Shown piece after piece: positions 37,701 through 49,660 of a DNA stretch of 64,000 bases; the first letter of the stretch is position 1, and each line of letters opens with the position of its first letter. The translations under genes were made by a program, and so were the position numbers. The DNA lies in contig JAQFVV010000001.1 of NCBI GenBank assembly GCA_028023455.1, forward strand, positions 12,090,001 through 12,154,000, written 5' to 3'. A model generated the notes under the pieces. That model saw nothing but the letters and a program-made list of their open reading frames with translations. It was not told where the DNA came from and searched no databases. This DNA comes from Epiperipatus broadwayi (Eukaryota > Animalia > Onychophora).

Positions 37701-40700
37701 TTGCCCACATCATGACTAATTATTGTCTAAGAAAGCTTGATACTATCATTGATTATATAAAAGAATAGACATATAATATATTGATAAAAATAATGTAATT
37801 TGTTTACAGCAAAAGTATATCATTACATGTACATATATCACAAGAGTTTACATAAATGTTAAAATATTTCCCAAAGTTAAAATTCAATTTACTTCTTTTA
37901 ATTTATTCTCTAGCATTAGCAATTATAGAATGAAATTATATTTATTCTTAATTCTCCTATCCTTAAAATGAAATACCGTCTTAATTAGAATTTATAATTA
38001 AATTCTTTTTATTATTTTATACCATTTAATTTTAAATATCTGAAGAAATTATTATACTTTAATTAATTTTATTATATTATTACTAAAGTTGTTTATAAAT
38101 AATGTATCTTATTGAATTAATAATCTCAATGCATCCATTAAGCTAATATTATAGTAGAGAAAAAAGCTCATAATATAAATAAAACAGATGATAAAAATGA
38201 ATATAGTGGACATAAGGTTATTACAAAGCATGTTTTCTTTGAAGATAAAGATATATGTATTATTTTTATATTTATTTTGTAATATTATATTTTAATGATT
38301 TTGACTATAAGTAATAATGTTATCTCAATGACAAATAGTACTTTAGATATTAAGTACAAATCAAATATTTATGTGTAGTGAGAAATACACTCATAAAGTA
38401 ATATTAAATATCACTCCAAACTATACAAGTTTGATGACATTCAATGTTCTTTATATTTAATTTTATATCTACATACAAGTGCATATAAAAAAAAATCATA
38501 GAAAAAAGAATTTAATAATTGGAATAGATATATTTATGCATGCTAAGTTATCATTCTTAACCATTAACATTATAGAATATTTTGATTATGTTGTATATGA
38601 TTATATAAAGATGCATGTCATCCAGTAGATTATTCAGGCCTTGGTCCTCTTTCATAAATGTTACAATATGCACACACACACACGTAATTGTTTTCTGGAT
38701 ATGAATATATACTGTTAACTATATCTGTATTCTCCAAAATAAACTATTTCATTGTAAATCTAATTTTATTTATACATATATTTTAAAGCAATATATATAT
38801 AGAGAGAGGGTATATATATATTGATAATCTTATTTACAATATTTTTAATGACAAGGTCAAATAAATGAAATGTTATATTATTTACTTTACAATTTTGTGA
38901 TTATATAAATTAACAAAATTTGCCAAAAGAATTTTGTAAGAGTTAAGCCAAATATGCATGAAAAATGTTTCTCTAAACAAATTTTGTAATTTTACATAAC
39001 TGTTAGTTACAAGTGTAAATCTAGACACAAAATCACCAGTATAGATTTGTATTTTTAAAAAAAAAATTTTTTTTTTTTCAAATATATTTTTTTAATTTTA
39101 TAAAATTATTCATGGATTTCATTTATAGGCAAAAAAAAAAAAAAAATGTATATAAATTTGTGCAATTTACAATTCCAACAAATTCATGATAAGATTATAC
39201 CATTCTTAAATTCTATTTAAATTTTGTAATAAAAATAAATTTATCATAAAAAAAAAATTATATATTTATAATATTTCAATCTTTTGTCAAATTATTTTAT
39301 ACACTATTTAAAATTAATAAACAACATTTTAGTAAAAACATAATTTCAACTTATGATGACATGATATAATCTCACAAAACATATTCTAACATTTGGCATT
39401 TAATAAGACATAAAGTATAACAATCCTAATTATGACAACAATTGCATTTTAGGCACCAATTAAAGTTTCAATTCAAAATATTTGAGGAAAAAAAAGTGAA
39501 ATAAAAAAAATTGAATAATTAATATATATATACACATATTCACTTATACAAGAATGCTCAAAAAGTAAGGCTTCCAATTTTATATATATTTTATTTACAA
39601 TTAATAAAATCACAGGGTTAAAATAAATTATGATTTTTTTTTCAACATAGTTTAGAGAGTATAAATGTCCAATCTTGGCATGTGTTAAAATTTCCTACAA
39701 AATAAAAATCAGGCTCTTAATTTATCATTTATTCAAGAACAGTATTCCAAAACACATTTCTTTCTTCATAAAGCTACAACAAGGAAACTGAGAAATGACA
39801 ACCATTGTTTTTATTAATAGTCACCAAGTAAATAAATTCCTACATCCAAGTCTGAAATGAAATAATTAATTCTGAAACAATTGTCTTTTACTATTCAACA
39901 ATATTTTTCAAGGCTCATATAACAAGGCTTGGTCTGCGGATGCAATATTCATCTCTATTTATTTATCACATGGATAAATTCTTAGGAAGTCAAGTGATAT
40001 TCAAACATTAAAGAGACAGGTGAAACATAACATCTTCATTAAATTGACTAGATTGAAATCAAGCTTTCACTTTGCTTAGTTAGGAATCAACCTAAAATCC
40101 TTTACTCCTTAAACTTCTTTATTACTATGCTAACAGTTTAAAGCATGTTCATCATTGATATCTAATTTTTCTGAAAAGAATTCTCTAAACTTTTTCTCTA
40201 TATACCAATATCTCAAAAATCTAAGAATTTCAATGGAAGTAACAAAAAAAAAAAGTTCATAATAATTGCATTTTTACATGAGCGTATGTTTTGAAATATA
40301 TTACAAAACTTTACAAACCTGGTTAAACAATAATTTAAAAAACTCCCTAAATATATAGTTAATATTCATAGAACTTTATTTTTTGATTATTCGTATATAT
40401 GTACATATATATGTGTGAATATGTATATAAAACCATGAGTAATATTTTATAAAATTAAAATTTATGAAGATGAAATATTAAATACTTGTTTTACATCTTA
40501 AAATTGAATAAATGGCTTCAATTAAAAAAATAACTTTGTTCTGCTTTAGTAAATTTGATTTTTTTAAATATACAATTTTACATTGAATTGTGCTACCCTA
40601 ATATTTACAAAATATTTACAGATATCTTAACATATAATGGCAATAACAAATCCTCCTTCTCAATTATGCAATTAAATTTTGATTTAATGCTGTTAACAGA

Positions 40701-40736
40701 GTAGTAGTTAATAACATACAAGCACATCTTGAAATA

Positions 40737-40853
40737 TCATGTTGATTTTTTTGGTGTTTCCTGGGTAGCAGAAAGCTGAGCAGCTAGATCAACAAATTTT
40801 GAAATGTAATCAACACTATTTTCATTCATCATGCATTGCAATGTAGAATCAAC
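40737..40853 (-). CDS. Candidate terminal coding exon of an unidentified gene
   Basis: Strong acceptor ttttattttccag|; VDSTLQCMMNENSVDYISKFVDLAAQLSATQETPKKST*; GC-richer than the flanks. Confidence 0.55.
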   Translation of the reverse strand, partial: VDSTLQCMMNENSVDYISKFVDLAAQLSATQETPKKST

Positions 40854-41043
40854 CTGGAAAATAAAATTCAGAATATACAAGTTGTAATTATGTTAATAAA
40901 ACATGATTCATAATGAAACAAAATACATTGGACTTTAGTTTGCCACTGAATTAATATTATGTAAAACATACATTTTTCATCAACAAAAAAAATTCAAAAT
41001 TTATAAGAAAGCATAAAGGTAAAGCAAGCTTTAAAATAGATCA

Positions 41044-41157
41044 CTATTTGTTGAATGCCTTTTTAACAAGTTCCTCTAAATGAATAAAGGCATTAGTGAT
41101 TTGCCTACTGTCAACCAGTAAGGATTTGAATGATTTTCTATCTGTTTTACCTTCTAA
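41044..41157 (-). CDS. Candidate exon (ends in a stop unless spliced internally)
   Basis: Acceptor cttctatatag|; only phase 0 is open: LEGKTDRKSFKSLLVDSRQITNAFIHLEELVKKAFNK*. Confidence 0.5.
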   Translation of the reverse strand, partial: LEGKTDRKSFKSLLVDSRQITNAFIHLEELVKKAFNK

Positions 41158-41950
41158 CTATATAGAAGTTTATAGGTATATAAATAGAAAATATTTTACT
41201 GTATATCAAGTTGTAATATAGTATAATTTATTGTAATTATTATAATAATAATAATTAGAAATTACCTTATGAAATTATTGGATAATAAATTAAAGGTTGT
41301 ATTAATACTGTTGCATACATGAAAAAAAAAAACAACATTAAACACAACCTTAAACCATTTTAAACTATATTTAATATTTACTCTGAATTAAAACAGTATT
41401 TGTATTGCTTTTAATTTAATAAACTTATGTGGCAGAATTATCACATGCATGAAATTATTAGTAAAAAAATAAATATATATATTAGTATTACTATTATTAC
41501 TACTTCTCTTCAGGAGAGTAAATAAATTAATGAATAAATGTATCTCCTTTTTTTCCAAATTAGCTCTCTTGGTTGTTATTTTGAGCCAGAAAAAAAACTG
41601 TCCCCTTCAATTTCTTTTTTTTTTTTATTTTACAAAATAACTAGTGGAAAAAAATTACAAAAAAACTCCAATCACTAACTTTTTAAAATATATATATATT
41701 TTTTTTTGATTTGAGTGTACTATAAATATTCCCTATTCTTAAACAACTAGTAATAATTTATAAAAAGGATATATACAAATAAAAATTTAATTGCTAAATG
41801 TCATTAAACTAGCATGAACATTCCACACAAAAGTTAAAAAAGCAAATTAAATTGTTAGTTTTATTTTTTTAAAAAAAATATAAAAATACAATTCAAACAA
41901 ATATTTAATACAACATAGTGAATGGAATTTTAGCATCTACTTGTTATCAC

Positions 41951-41986
41951 CTCCTCCCCATACACATCATATATAACAAATAATGA
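41951..41986 (-). CDS. Candidate 36-nt exon
   Basis: gttag|SLFVIYDVYGEE|gtgata; phase 0-0 fits both neighbouring exons; acceptor weak. Confidence 0.35.
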
Positions 41987-42358
41987 CTAACATTTTGTTT
42001 AAATTTGATTTTAATACAATGCATATGAAATTGTAGGTGTCCAGTATTTTTTAACATGCATATACATATAAAACATTTTTTACATATGCAATATATATAT
42101 GTAATTAAGATTATAGTGCAAATAAATATATAAAAAAATATCAATAATAATTAGGAGCACAATTATATAAATAATTATTGTGTACATATTTAATCATTCA
42201 CATAAAATATAATAATGAATTTACTGCATTGTAATTTAAAAAAAAATCAATGAAATGTTATACTTTTCTTATAGACTAAGTTTTTTGATGCAACACAATA
42301 TCACCTATCCAAATGTTTGATTAGTTCATATCTTCTATTCATAAATTCAATGCCTTAC

Positions 42359-42491
42359 CAAAAAATTATATTTTAACATGGTTATAACTTTAGCCATTTC
42401 AGGAGTGGAAGCAATTATAACACAAATATGCTTTTCTCTTTTGATTAATTCTCTAAAAAATGATTCATTCTTTTTGAACATATGGCCATTT
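42359..42491 (-). CDS. Candidate internal exon
   Basis: cattcag| A + 44 codons NGHMFKKNESFFRELIKREKHICVIIASTPEMAKVITMLKYNFL |gtaagg (strong donor). Confidence 0.6.
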
Positions 42492-42536
42492 CTGAATGCA
42501 ATTTTTTTTTTTCATTATAAAACAATAACTTTTGTT

Positions 42537-44798
42537 GGTTGTTTTCTATTCCCTGGTGTTAGCCGTAAGATGGCGTTGATGCTAACCGAAAACATATACA
42601 TATAACGATTCGTGCCTGTGATTGATTTTATATAAAAATATCTGATTTAGATTTCTAATAAAATATTCTAGTAACTAATACTATATGATGTTAGTCTTTC
42701 ATTTTTGTAAATGTTTATTAATCTTATATATGGTGTTTTTCTAATTTTTTTTTTTAGTTTATGTGTGTCTTTTTAAAGTTACAGTATTTTTTTAAGAGTA
42801 AATAAATAATTTTATTAAAAACCAATAGGTAATTAAAAGATATAAAAAGTAATGTACTTTATATACTACAATTTAGAATTGATACCTGACTACTATTAGT
42901 AAATAATATTACTATTTAAAAAAAAAAATTTAGAAATTCACATTCAATTTAAAAATGATACCCGAATAATTGACGTTTTTGGACAGTAATTAATTATAAA
43001 ATGAGTAATTTTGTTGGTGTGTATCTGTCAAAAGTTACGGGATTTTTTAAATCGAAAATAAGACACAAATATACATTTTTTTAAATTCAATTTACACAAA
43101 ATTGCTACATTCACGCTAAATTTACAAATAATACCAGACTAAATTTGCTCTTTCTTTTTTGGACAGTAATTAACCAGAAAGTGGATTCTTTTTGTGTGTA
43201 TATATAAAAAGTACCGTTTTTAAAATACTAATTTCAAAATGATACCCGTCTATGTTGCAATTTTTTTTTTTGGACAGTAATGAATCAGAAAGTGGATTGT
43301 TTTTATTAGCATGTAGATTTTATCAAAAGCCGTAATATTATTTAAATACTAAATTTAAAAATGATACCCGCAAATAACTTTTTTTGGGGGGTATTGACAG
43401 TAATTAATCAGAAAGTGGGTTTTATTTTCTTTGTGTGTATATATAAAAAGTTACGATCTTTTTTTCAATCGAAAATAATACGTAATTCTACATGATTTGA
43501 TTTAACCACAACATTGAAAAAATTTACACTACAATTTTAAAATGATATCCATCAACTAATTTGCTTTATTTTTTTTGGGACAGTAATTAATCAGAAAGTG
43601 GGTTCTTTTTGTTAGTGTGTATATCTAAACAGGACCGTCATTGAAAGACTCAATTGAAAAATGATACCAGACTAATTTACTTTCTTTTTTTTGGGACAGT
43701 AATGAATCAGAAAGTGGGTTCTTTTTGTTAGCGTGTATATCTAAAAAGGACCGTCATTGAAAGACTCAATTGAAAAATGATACCAGACTAATTTACTTTC
43801 TTTTTTTTTGGGACAGTAATGAATCTGAAAGTGGGTTCTTTTTGTTAGCATGTCTATATAAAAAGGTACCGTTATTTAAATACTAAATTTAAAAATGATA
43901 GCCGACTAATTTGCGTTTCTTTTGACAGTAATTAATCAGAAAGTGGGTTTCTCTTTTTTTGTAAATCTTGTGTATATATAAAAAAATACTGTAATTCAAA
44001 TATTACATTTAAAAATCAAACCCCAATTAATTAGCTTTCTTTTTTTTTGGACAGTAATTAATCAGGAACTGGGTTGTTTTTTTTAGTGTGTAGATATAAA
44101 AACTAATCTTATTTTGAAATAATAAATGTAAAAAAAATAATACCTGACTAATTTTCTTTTTTGGACAAGTAATTACTAATAATTAGACACTGGGTTGTTT
44201 TTGTTTGTGTGTATATATAGCAAAAATAACTCGTCACGGACGAATTCTCGCGATAACATTAGTTTTCGCGTGATCCTCAAAATTTTTGCCGTTCCGCACC
44301 CTTAAAAGCAATTTTTGAGGGTTACCCATTCATAATGGAATCTTCATGACATTATTATTAAACTTACAACAGTAAAATAAGTTAGAGCACATTAAAAAAA
44401 ATATGTCTAATCAAATTTTAAAAAACTACGACTGGCTCAAATACACAAACTCTCATATGAAACTACAGAGAAAATAGATATTCTATTATTACAATAAAAT
44501 GATTAACAAAATCAACTACGGCAGCCAATAAAGGCATTTCTCTTTGCTTTTAGCATAGAAAAAAGCCATAAATGACAGCTGTCCAGAACTCTTTCTGTGT
44601 TTTCTCATAGAAAAAGGTCTCTTTGTGTTGGCTTCTGTCGCCACTGTCCAACATAACGCGAGGACTCTTTTTTGTGTTTATAACGTAGAAATTTTCCTCT
44701 TTTGTTGGGTGAATGCCGGTGAAACAGTATATTTCTAGGAATTGACCTAGAAATAGCGACATCTCGTGGTTAACACCAGGGAATAATAGAAAACAACC
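42537..44798. mobile_element. Non-autonomous DNA transposon, GG-terminal TIRs, 8-bp TSD (Merlin-like signature)
   Basis: TIR GGTTGTTTTCTATT(ATT)CCCTGGTGTTA.CC...AGATG.CG.T at both ends; perfect TSD CTTTTGTT (42529-42536 and 44799-44806); no ORF. Confidence 0.88.
42940..44200 (+). repeat. Internal tandem array, 10 units of about 111-182 bp
   Basis: Core GGACAGTAATTAATCAGAAAGTGGG at 42981, 43161, 43272, 43396, 43578, 43694, 43811, 43924, 44049 and 44163. Confidence 0.92.
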
Positions 44799-45416
44799 CT
44801 TTTGTTTAATTGCTTATTAATGAAAATATGAATTCTATTATATTGTGCTTAGAAAACATTTCATTGAATGAAATATTATATACTACATCAAACTTTTGAG
44901 GAAAAAAATACTGATTTTTCAATATATTTAATACTAAGAAACCATTAGCTAATAAACAAAATCTTGTTAGAATTACTAAGTCCTCCATGATAAAACAATG
45001 GGTGCATACACATATTTGTGATAAATATTTGAACAAATTTATGAATTTAATTTTTTTTTTATTTATTCACATTTTTTTTGGATTACTATAATTGAATTAC
45101 TTATATGTTGATACAACATATATCTGGGCTTCACTATATTGCATATATAATTGTCATTTATTTACTATAAGTTCAAAGTTTCAATTTAAAAACATAGCTA
45201 TCTAATTTGTAGACATTTATTAAAATATTTGTTTTGATACATAAAACATGCAACTATAAATTTAAATAAAGATGAAAGAGAAGATTTAAAGTAATAAAAG
45301 GTGAATGAATATAAATACAGAATTTAACATTTTTAATTCATTAACAAAATATATGTAAAATATTTCATCTTTATATATATATATTTTAAAAAACTATTTA
45401 TTTATTGGTAGCAGTA

Positions 45417-46541
45417 CACCCGGGTCTCATTTTATGTGGATTTATTTAATGTGATTTTGAAGTTATGCGATTCATGTTTCTTCTTAATATCTTTATATGC
45501 GGTTTTCTTTTATGCGATAAAAATTATTAGATCAGAAGTCGAGCTCCGATAATGCGCTATTACTTTAAATATTATAAATTTCTCCATTCACGTCATATTT
45601 AAAGTAATAACGCATTATCGGAGTTCGACTTCCATCTAATAATTTCAATATTTTCAGCACTTTATAATAGTACTGTAATAGATTTTATGCAATAAAGTAG
45701 TTCATAATTCACTTAAAATCAGGATTTCCCCATTTTATATACACACATTAAATTTTATAAGCCTATAATGTAAATCTGTTCAAACGTTATAGATGAAAAA
45801 TACTATGTATGTTGTTGTTTTTGCATTTTAAATCACGTTCTATTTTTGCTTTTTATAAAAAGAGTACGTAACCAATTAATCATTTAGTGTCCGCAAGTTT
45901 ATTTTTAAAAGGTCAGTAACAGCAGTGGGCACAATTAAATTTTGCCCAACAGTGGTGAGTCAGTGTCTTTTTATTATCGTAAGTCTAAGTTCTTATTTTT
46001 ATTTTAAACTTTTAGTTTACTCTAACGGAGAGAGAAAAAACACCCAAGAAAATGAATTTCTTTGTAAACAAAAATTTCAATTTTAGATCGCTTAGCTAAA
46101 TGGGAAAGATCAACAGCGATTGGAAAACGTTTAAGTTGTATTTCCTCTTGACTTCGTTTAAGAAACTACATCTCACATCACATCACGATGAACCTGATGT
46201 CTCAAATAGTGATAATAATTATAATACCGTACATGTATGAATAAAATGTAAATTATACATAAAAATATTGAATAAAATTAAATACTGTAGTTAATAAAAA
46301 AAGTTTGTCTTGTATCAATTTTTTTCAAATTTAAAATTTTTTATTAGTCATATTTTTTTTTATTTTTTTTTTATGCAAATTTTAAAGTAATTTTACGTTG
46401 TTGCTTTGCTTTTATGCGATTTTTGGAAAATTACAGTATGTATCCCCCATTTTTCAAGGTAAGATAAGTCTATTTTTGTGCAATTTCTTTTGTGTGCGTT
46501 TTCTGAGGAACCTATCTACTGCATAAAACGAGACTCAGGTG
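45417..46541 (+). mobile_element. pogo/Tigger-type internal-deletion derivative
   Basis: TIRs CACC(C/T)G(G/A)GTCTC(A/G)TTTTATG with TA on both flanks and repeated subterminal TTTATGCG. Relic HTH-like peptide KISILDRLAKWERSTAIGKRLS at 46071-46136. Confidence 0.8.
45523..45643. repeat. ~50-bp inverted repeat (22-nt spacer) inside the Tigger-type element
   Basis: attattagat..gaagtcga.ctccgataatgcg.tattactttaaatat and its reverse complement; about 46/50 identical. Confidence 0.9.
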
Positions 46542-46627
46542 TATATTTATTTACATTTGTACATAACTTTAAACCTACATATCTGGAATTTAATAATTTG
46601 TAACTTTTTATAAGCTATATATATATA

Positions 46628-49236
46628 GCTTAATAGCAGATACCAAATGCAGATAATTCAGGTTTATGTCCCAACAAGTTCTCATAGTGATGAAGTAATA
46701 CAAGATTTTTATATGGATGTACAAAAGGCGTTTGATCAGAGGAAATAATTTAAAATTGTTATGGGAGACTTTAATGCTAGAATTGGTAAACAAATGAAAG
46801 ATGAAAGTACTGTAGATAATTTTGGTTATGGTAATAAAAATGAGAGAGGACATAGACTTGTGGAGTTTGCAGAAAAAGAAAAACTTTATATTATGAATTC
46901 TTTTTTTGAGAAAAATGTTAAAAGAAAATGGAAACATCCAAATGAAGGTACATCAGAATTGGCTTATATTTTGACTAACAGAAAATATATATTTCAAGAT
47001 TGTAATGTTCTTAGGAAGTGATCATTGATTAGTAAGATACGTGATAATGCAAAACTAGAGACAAAAATTATTAAGAAAAACAATATTTACAGTTGATATT
47101 CATAATCTTTAGAAACATTCTAAAGAATTTAAATTAGAACTTACAAATCGTTTTCAATAAACTAATAATCAGCATTAAGCTAATGCACATGCACTTTGTG
47201 GATTTTAACAATAAATGAATACTCCCATTTCTCAAATACAAGATAAAGTCTATGTGAAAGAATAGAATGAATCCAATAGAATGAATCCACCTAGTCTTTC
47301 AACCCAAACTTTTATGTATGGACAAATCTTAAGTATCTGGAAATAGTAGATTTTGAACATTATTCAGATTTGAATGAAATTAATATGAAAATAACTGATA
47401 CACTTTTAAAAACTACAACAAAGATAGCTGGTAGAAAAAAGCAGCAATTGACCAATAAAATTTCTACTGAGACTAGAGAATTTATGAAGAAAAGAAGGAA
47501 TATGAAGATATACAAAAATGATGCATTAAAAAGGATTGAATATCTCAAATTTTGTAAAATGGTCCGGAAAAGAGTTGAAAATGATATAAGAAAGTATAAC
47601 TGTGAACTAGCAAGGAAAGCTGTAGAAGAAAATAAAAGTTATTACTAAAAAGACAGATGACATCATGAAATAGGTAGAAGACTTTTATCAAGAATTATAT
47701 AGTAATAAAGAACAAGTATCTCCTATATCTATTACATCTTCTGAATTGCCCAGAATTTTAAATGAAGAAGTGAGACCATGCAATTAAATATATGAAGAAA
47801 GCAAATGCTCCAGGTAATGATAGTTTTACAATTGATATATTAAAAAAAGCAGGTGAAGAAATAGAATTTTTTGTAGCAAAGTTATATACCAAATGTCTAA
47901 ATGATAAAGATGTACCAGATGATTGGAAGAATGCAGTATTAATGTTTAAAAAAGGTGATGAAGAAGATATTAGAAATTACAGATTGATCAGCCTTCTATC
48001 AGTTTTATACAAAATTTTTATCAAGATAATTAACAACTCATCTACAGAGAACATTGGATTTCCACCAACCAAGAGAACAAGCTGGATTTAAAAATGGTTT
48101 TAGTACAATAAATCATATCCAGGTATTGAAAGAAGTTATAGAAAGGACAAATGAATATGAGTTGCCATTATGTTTTGGATTTGTAGATTATGAAAAAGCA
48201 TTTGATTCTATAAACATTTCTTCAGTGATGAAAGCATTGGATCATCAAGGTATAGATCCAGGATATTGTCATATTTTAAAGAATATTTGTAAAAATGCAA
48301 CAGCAACAATTAGATTACATAATGATAGTAGGAAAGTCAACATTGAGAAGGGTGTAAGACAGGGTGACTCCATATCTTCAAAACGTTTTATAGCAGTGCT
48401 ATAAGAAGTATTTTGTGGATTAAAATGGGAAGCTAAAGGAGTGAAAGTAAATGAAAATTATTTAAATCATTTAGATTTTTGCAGATGATGTAGTTGTTTT
48501 TGCAAATAATGCTTTAGAGCTGCAGGAAATGTTGCAGGAGTTATCAGATGAAAGTAAGACTAAAGATAAATGTTAAAAAGACTAAAATAATGTTTAATAG
48601 ATTTTCTCAAAATATGAAAATAAAGATTGATTATAATAAGTTAGAAGTTAACAGTTATAAATACCTTGGTCAGATTATTAATACAGATGGAAACATAATG
48701 GATGAAATTAATCGTAGAATTAAACTTGGTTGGAGTGCTTTTGGTAGAAATAACTTGATATTAAAAGGAAATATGCCTATATGTTTGAAAAGGAAGGTTT
48801 TTAATAAAGGTGTTTTATCAGTTTTTACTTATGGATCTGAGACTTGGACACTTAACAGAAGAGCAATTTAGAGACTTCAGACCACTCAAAGAAGTATGGA
48901 GAGATGCATGTAGGGAGTAACAAGAAGAGATCGAAACGCAATGTATGAGTAAGAGAACAAGCAGGTGTTACTGAACTCATTGAAAAAATTAAAAGATTGA
49001 AGTAAAATTGGGCTGGACATATTGCTAGAAGAGACGATAATAGATGGACAATTGAAATCTTAAACCAGTTTCCAAGAGATTGTAGAAGACCCAGAAAGAG
49101 ATCACATGTTAGATGAATGGATGAAATAAAAAAGTGTGCAGGGATGATGTGGCGAAGAGAAGCTAAAGATCGGAGAAGATGGATTGAACTTGGAGAGACC
49201 TTCATCTTGCAGTGGAATGATAATGGTTGGTGATAA
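46628..49236 (+). mobile_element. RTE-clade LINE, 5'-truncated, multiply disrupted
   Basis: Colinear with 9023-11430 and about 130 bp longer at the 5' end (QIIQVYVPT). Many stops and frameshifts; ~190-bp foreign insert at about 47158-47348. Confidence 0.92.
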
Positions 49237-49239
49237 ATA

Positions 49240-49660
49240 TATATCACATGATCCCACTTATACAATGTTGTTCAGTAACAATTTTTTTCTTTCTTCACAA
49301 TTATACCATTTATTATGAGCTTTAGTAATCAACAGATGCCAGATGTTAATAATAAGTTCTTATCCAGTGTTGTCCTATCCAATATTTCTAGGCTTATGGC
49401 TTTCATCAGTGAGGGGTTTTTGGATCTGAAAAAAAAAAGTATATTAGATCCAAAAGATCCAGATGCACTGCTCGCAGATCCAAAAGTTCCTCACTAAAGA
49501 AAGCCATAACCTAGAAACTAGTCTGAGGATATTGGAAAGGACACCACTAGTTTTTATTAAGCACTTCTCTGATATCTATTGATTACTAAAGCTAATAATG
49601 GGTGGATAATTGTAAAGAGAAAAAGAAATTGCTGCTAATAATCTATATGTAATTGCATGA
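49240..49660. repeat. Family A head-to-head inverted composite
   Basis: Arms about 49240-49428 and 49475-49660 are mutual reverse complements. HHR motifs at 49385-49414 (-; helix III deleted) and 49489-49528 (+). Confidence 0.8.
49489..49528 (+). ncRNA. Hammerhead-like motif (family A)
   Basis: CCUCA CUAAAGA AAGCCAUAACCUA GAAA CUAG UC UGAGG. Perfect 5-bp stem I, palindrome ACUAGU, G5>A in the core. Confidence 0.6.

Noticed and set aside
42940-44200. CRISPR-like appearance of conserved 25-bp cores with variable spacers
   Set aside because: Spacers are homologous to each other, the context is eukaryotic and inside TIRs, and there are no cas genes.
49245-49320. Apparent exon HNKWYNCEERKKLLLNNI (minus)
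   Set aside because: It is one arm of the family A inverted repeat; a mirror copy lies at about 49570-49660.
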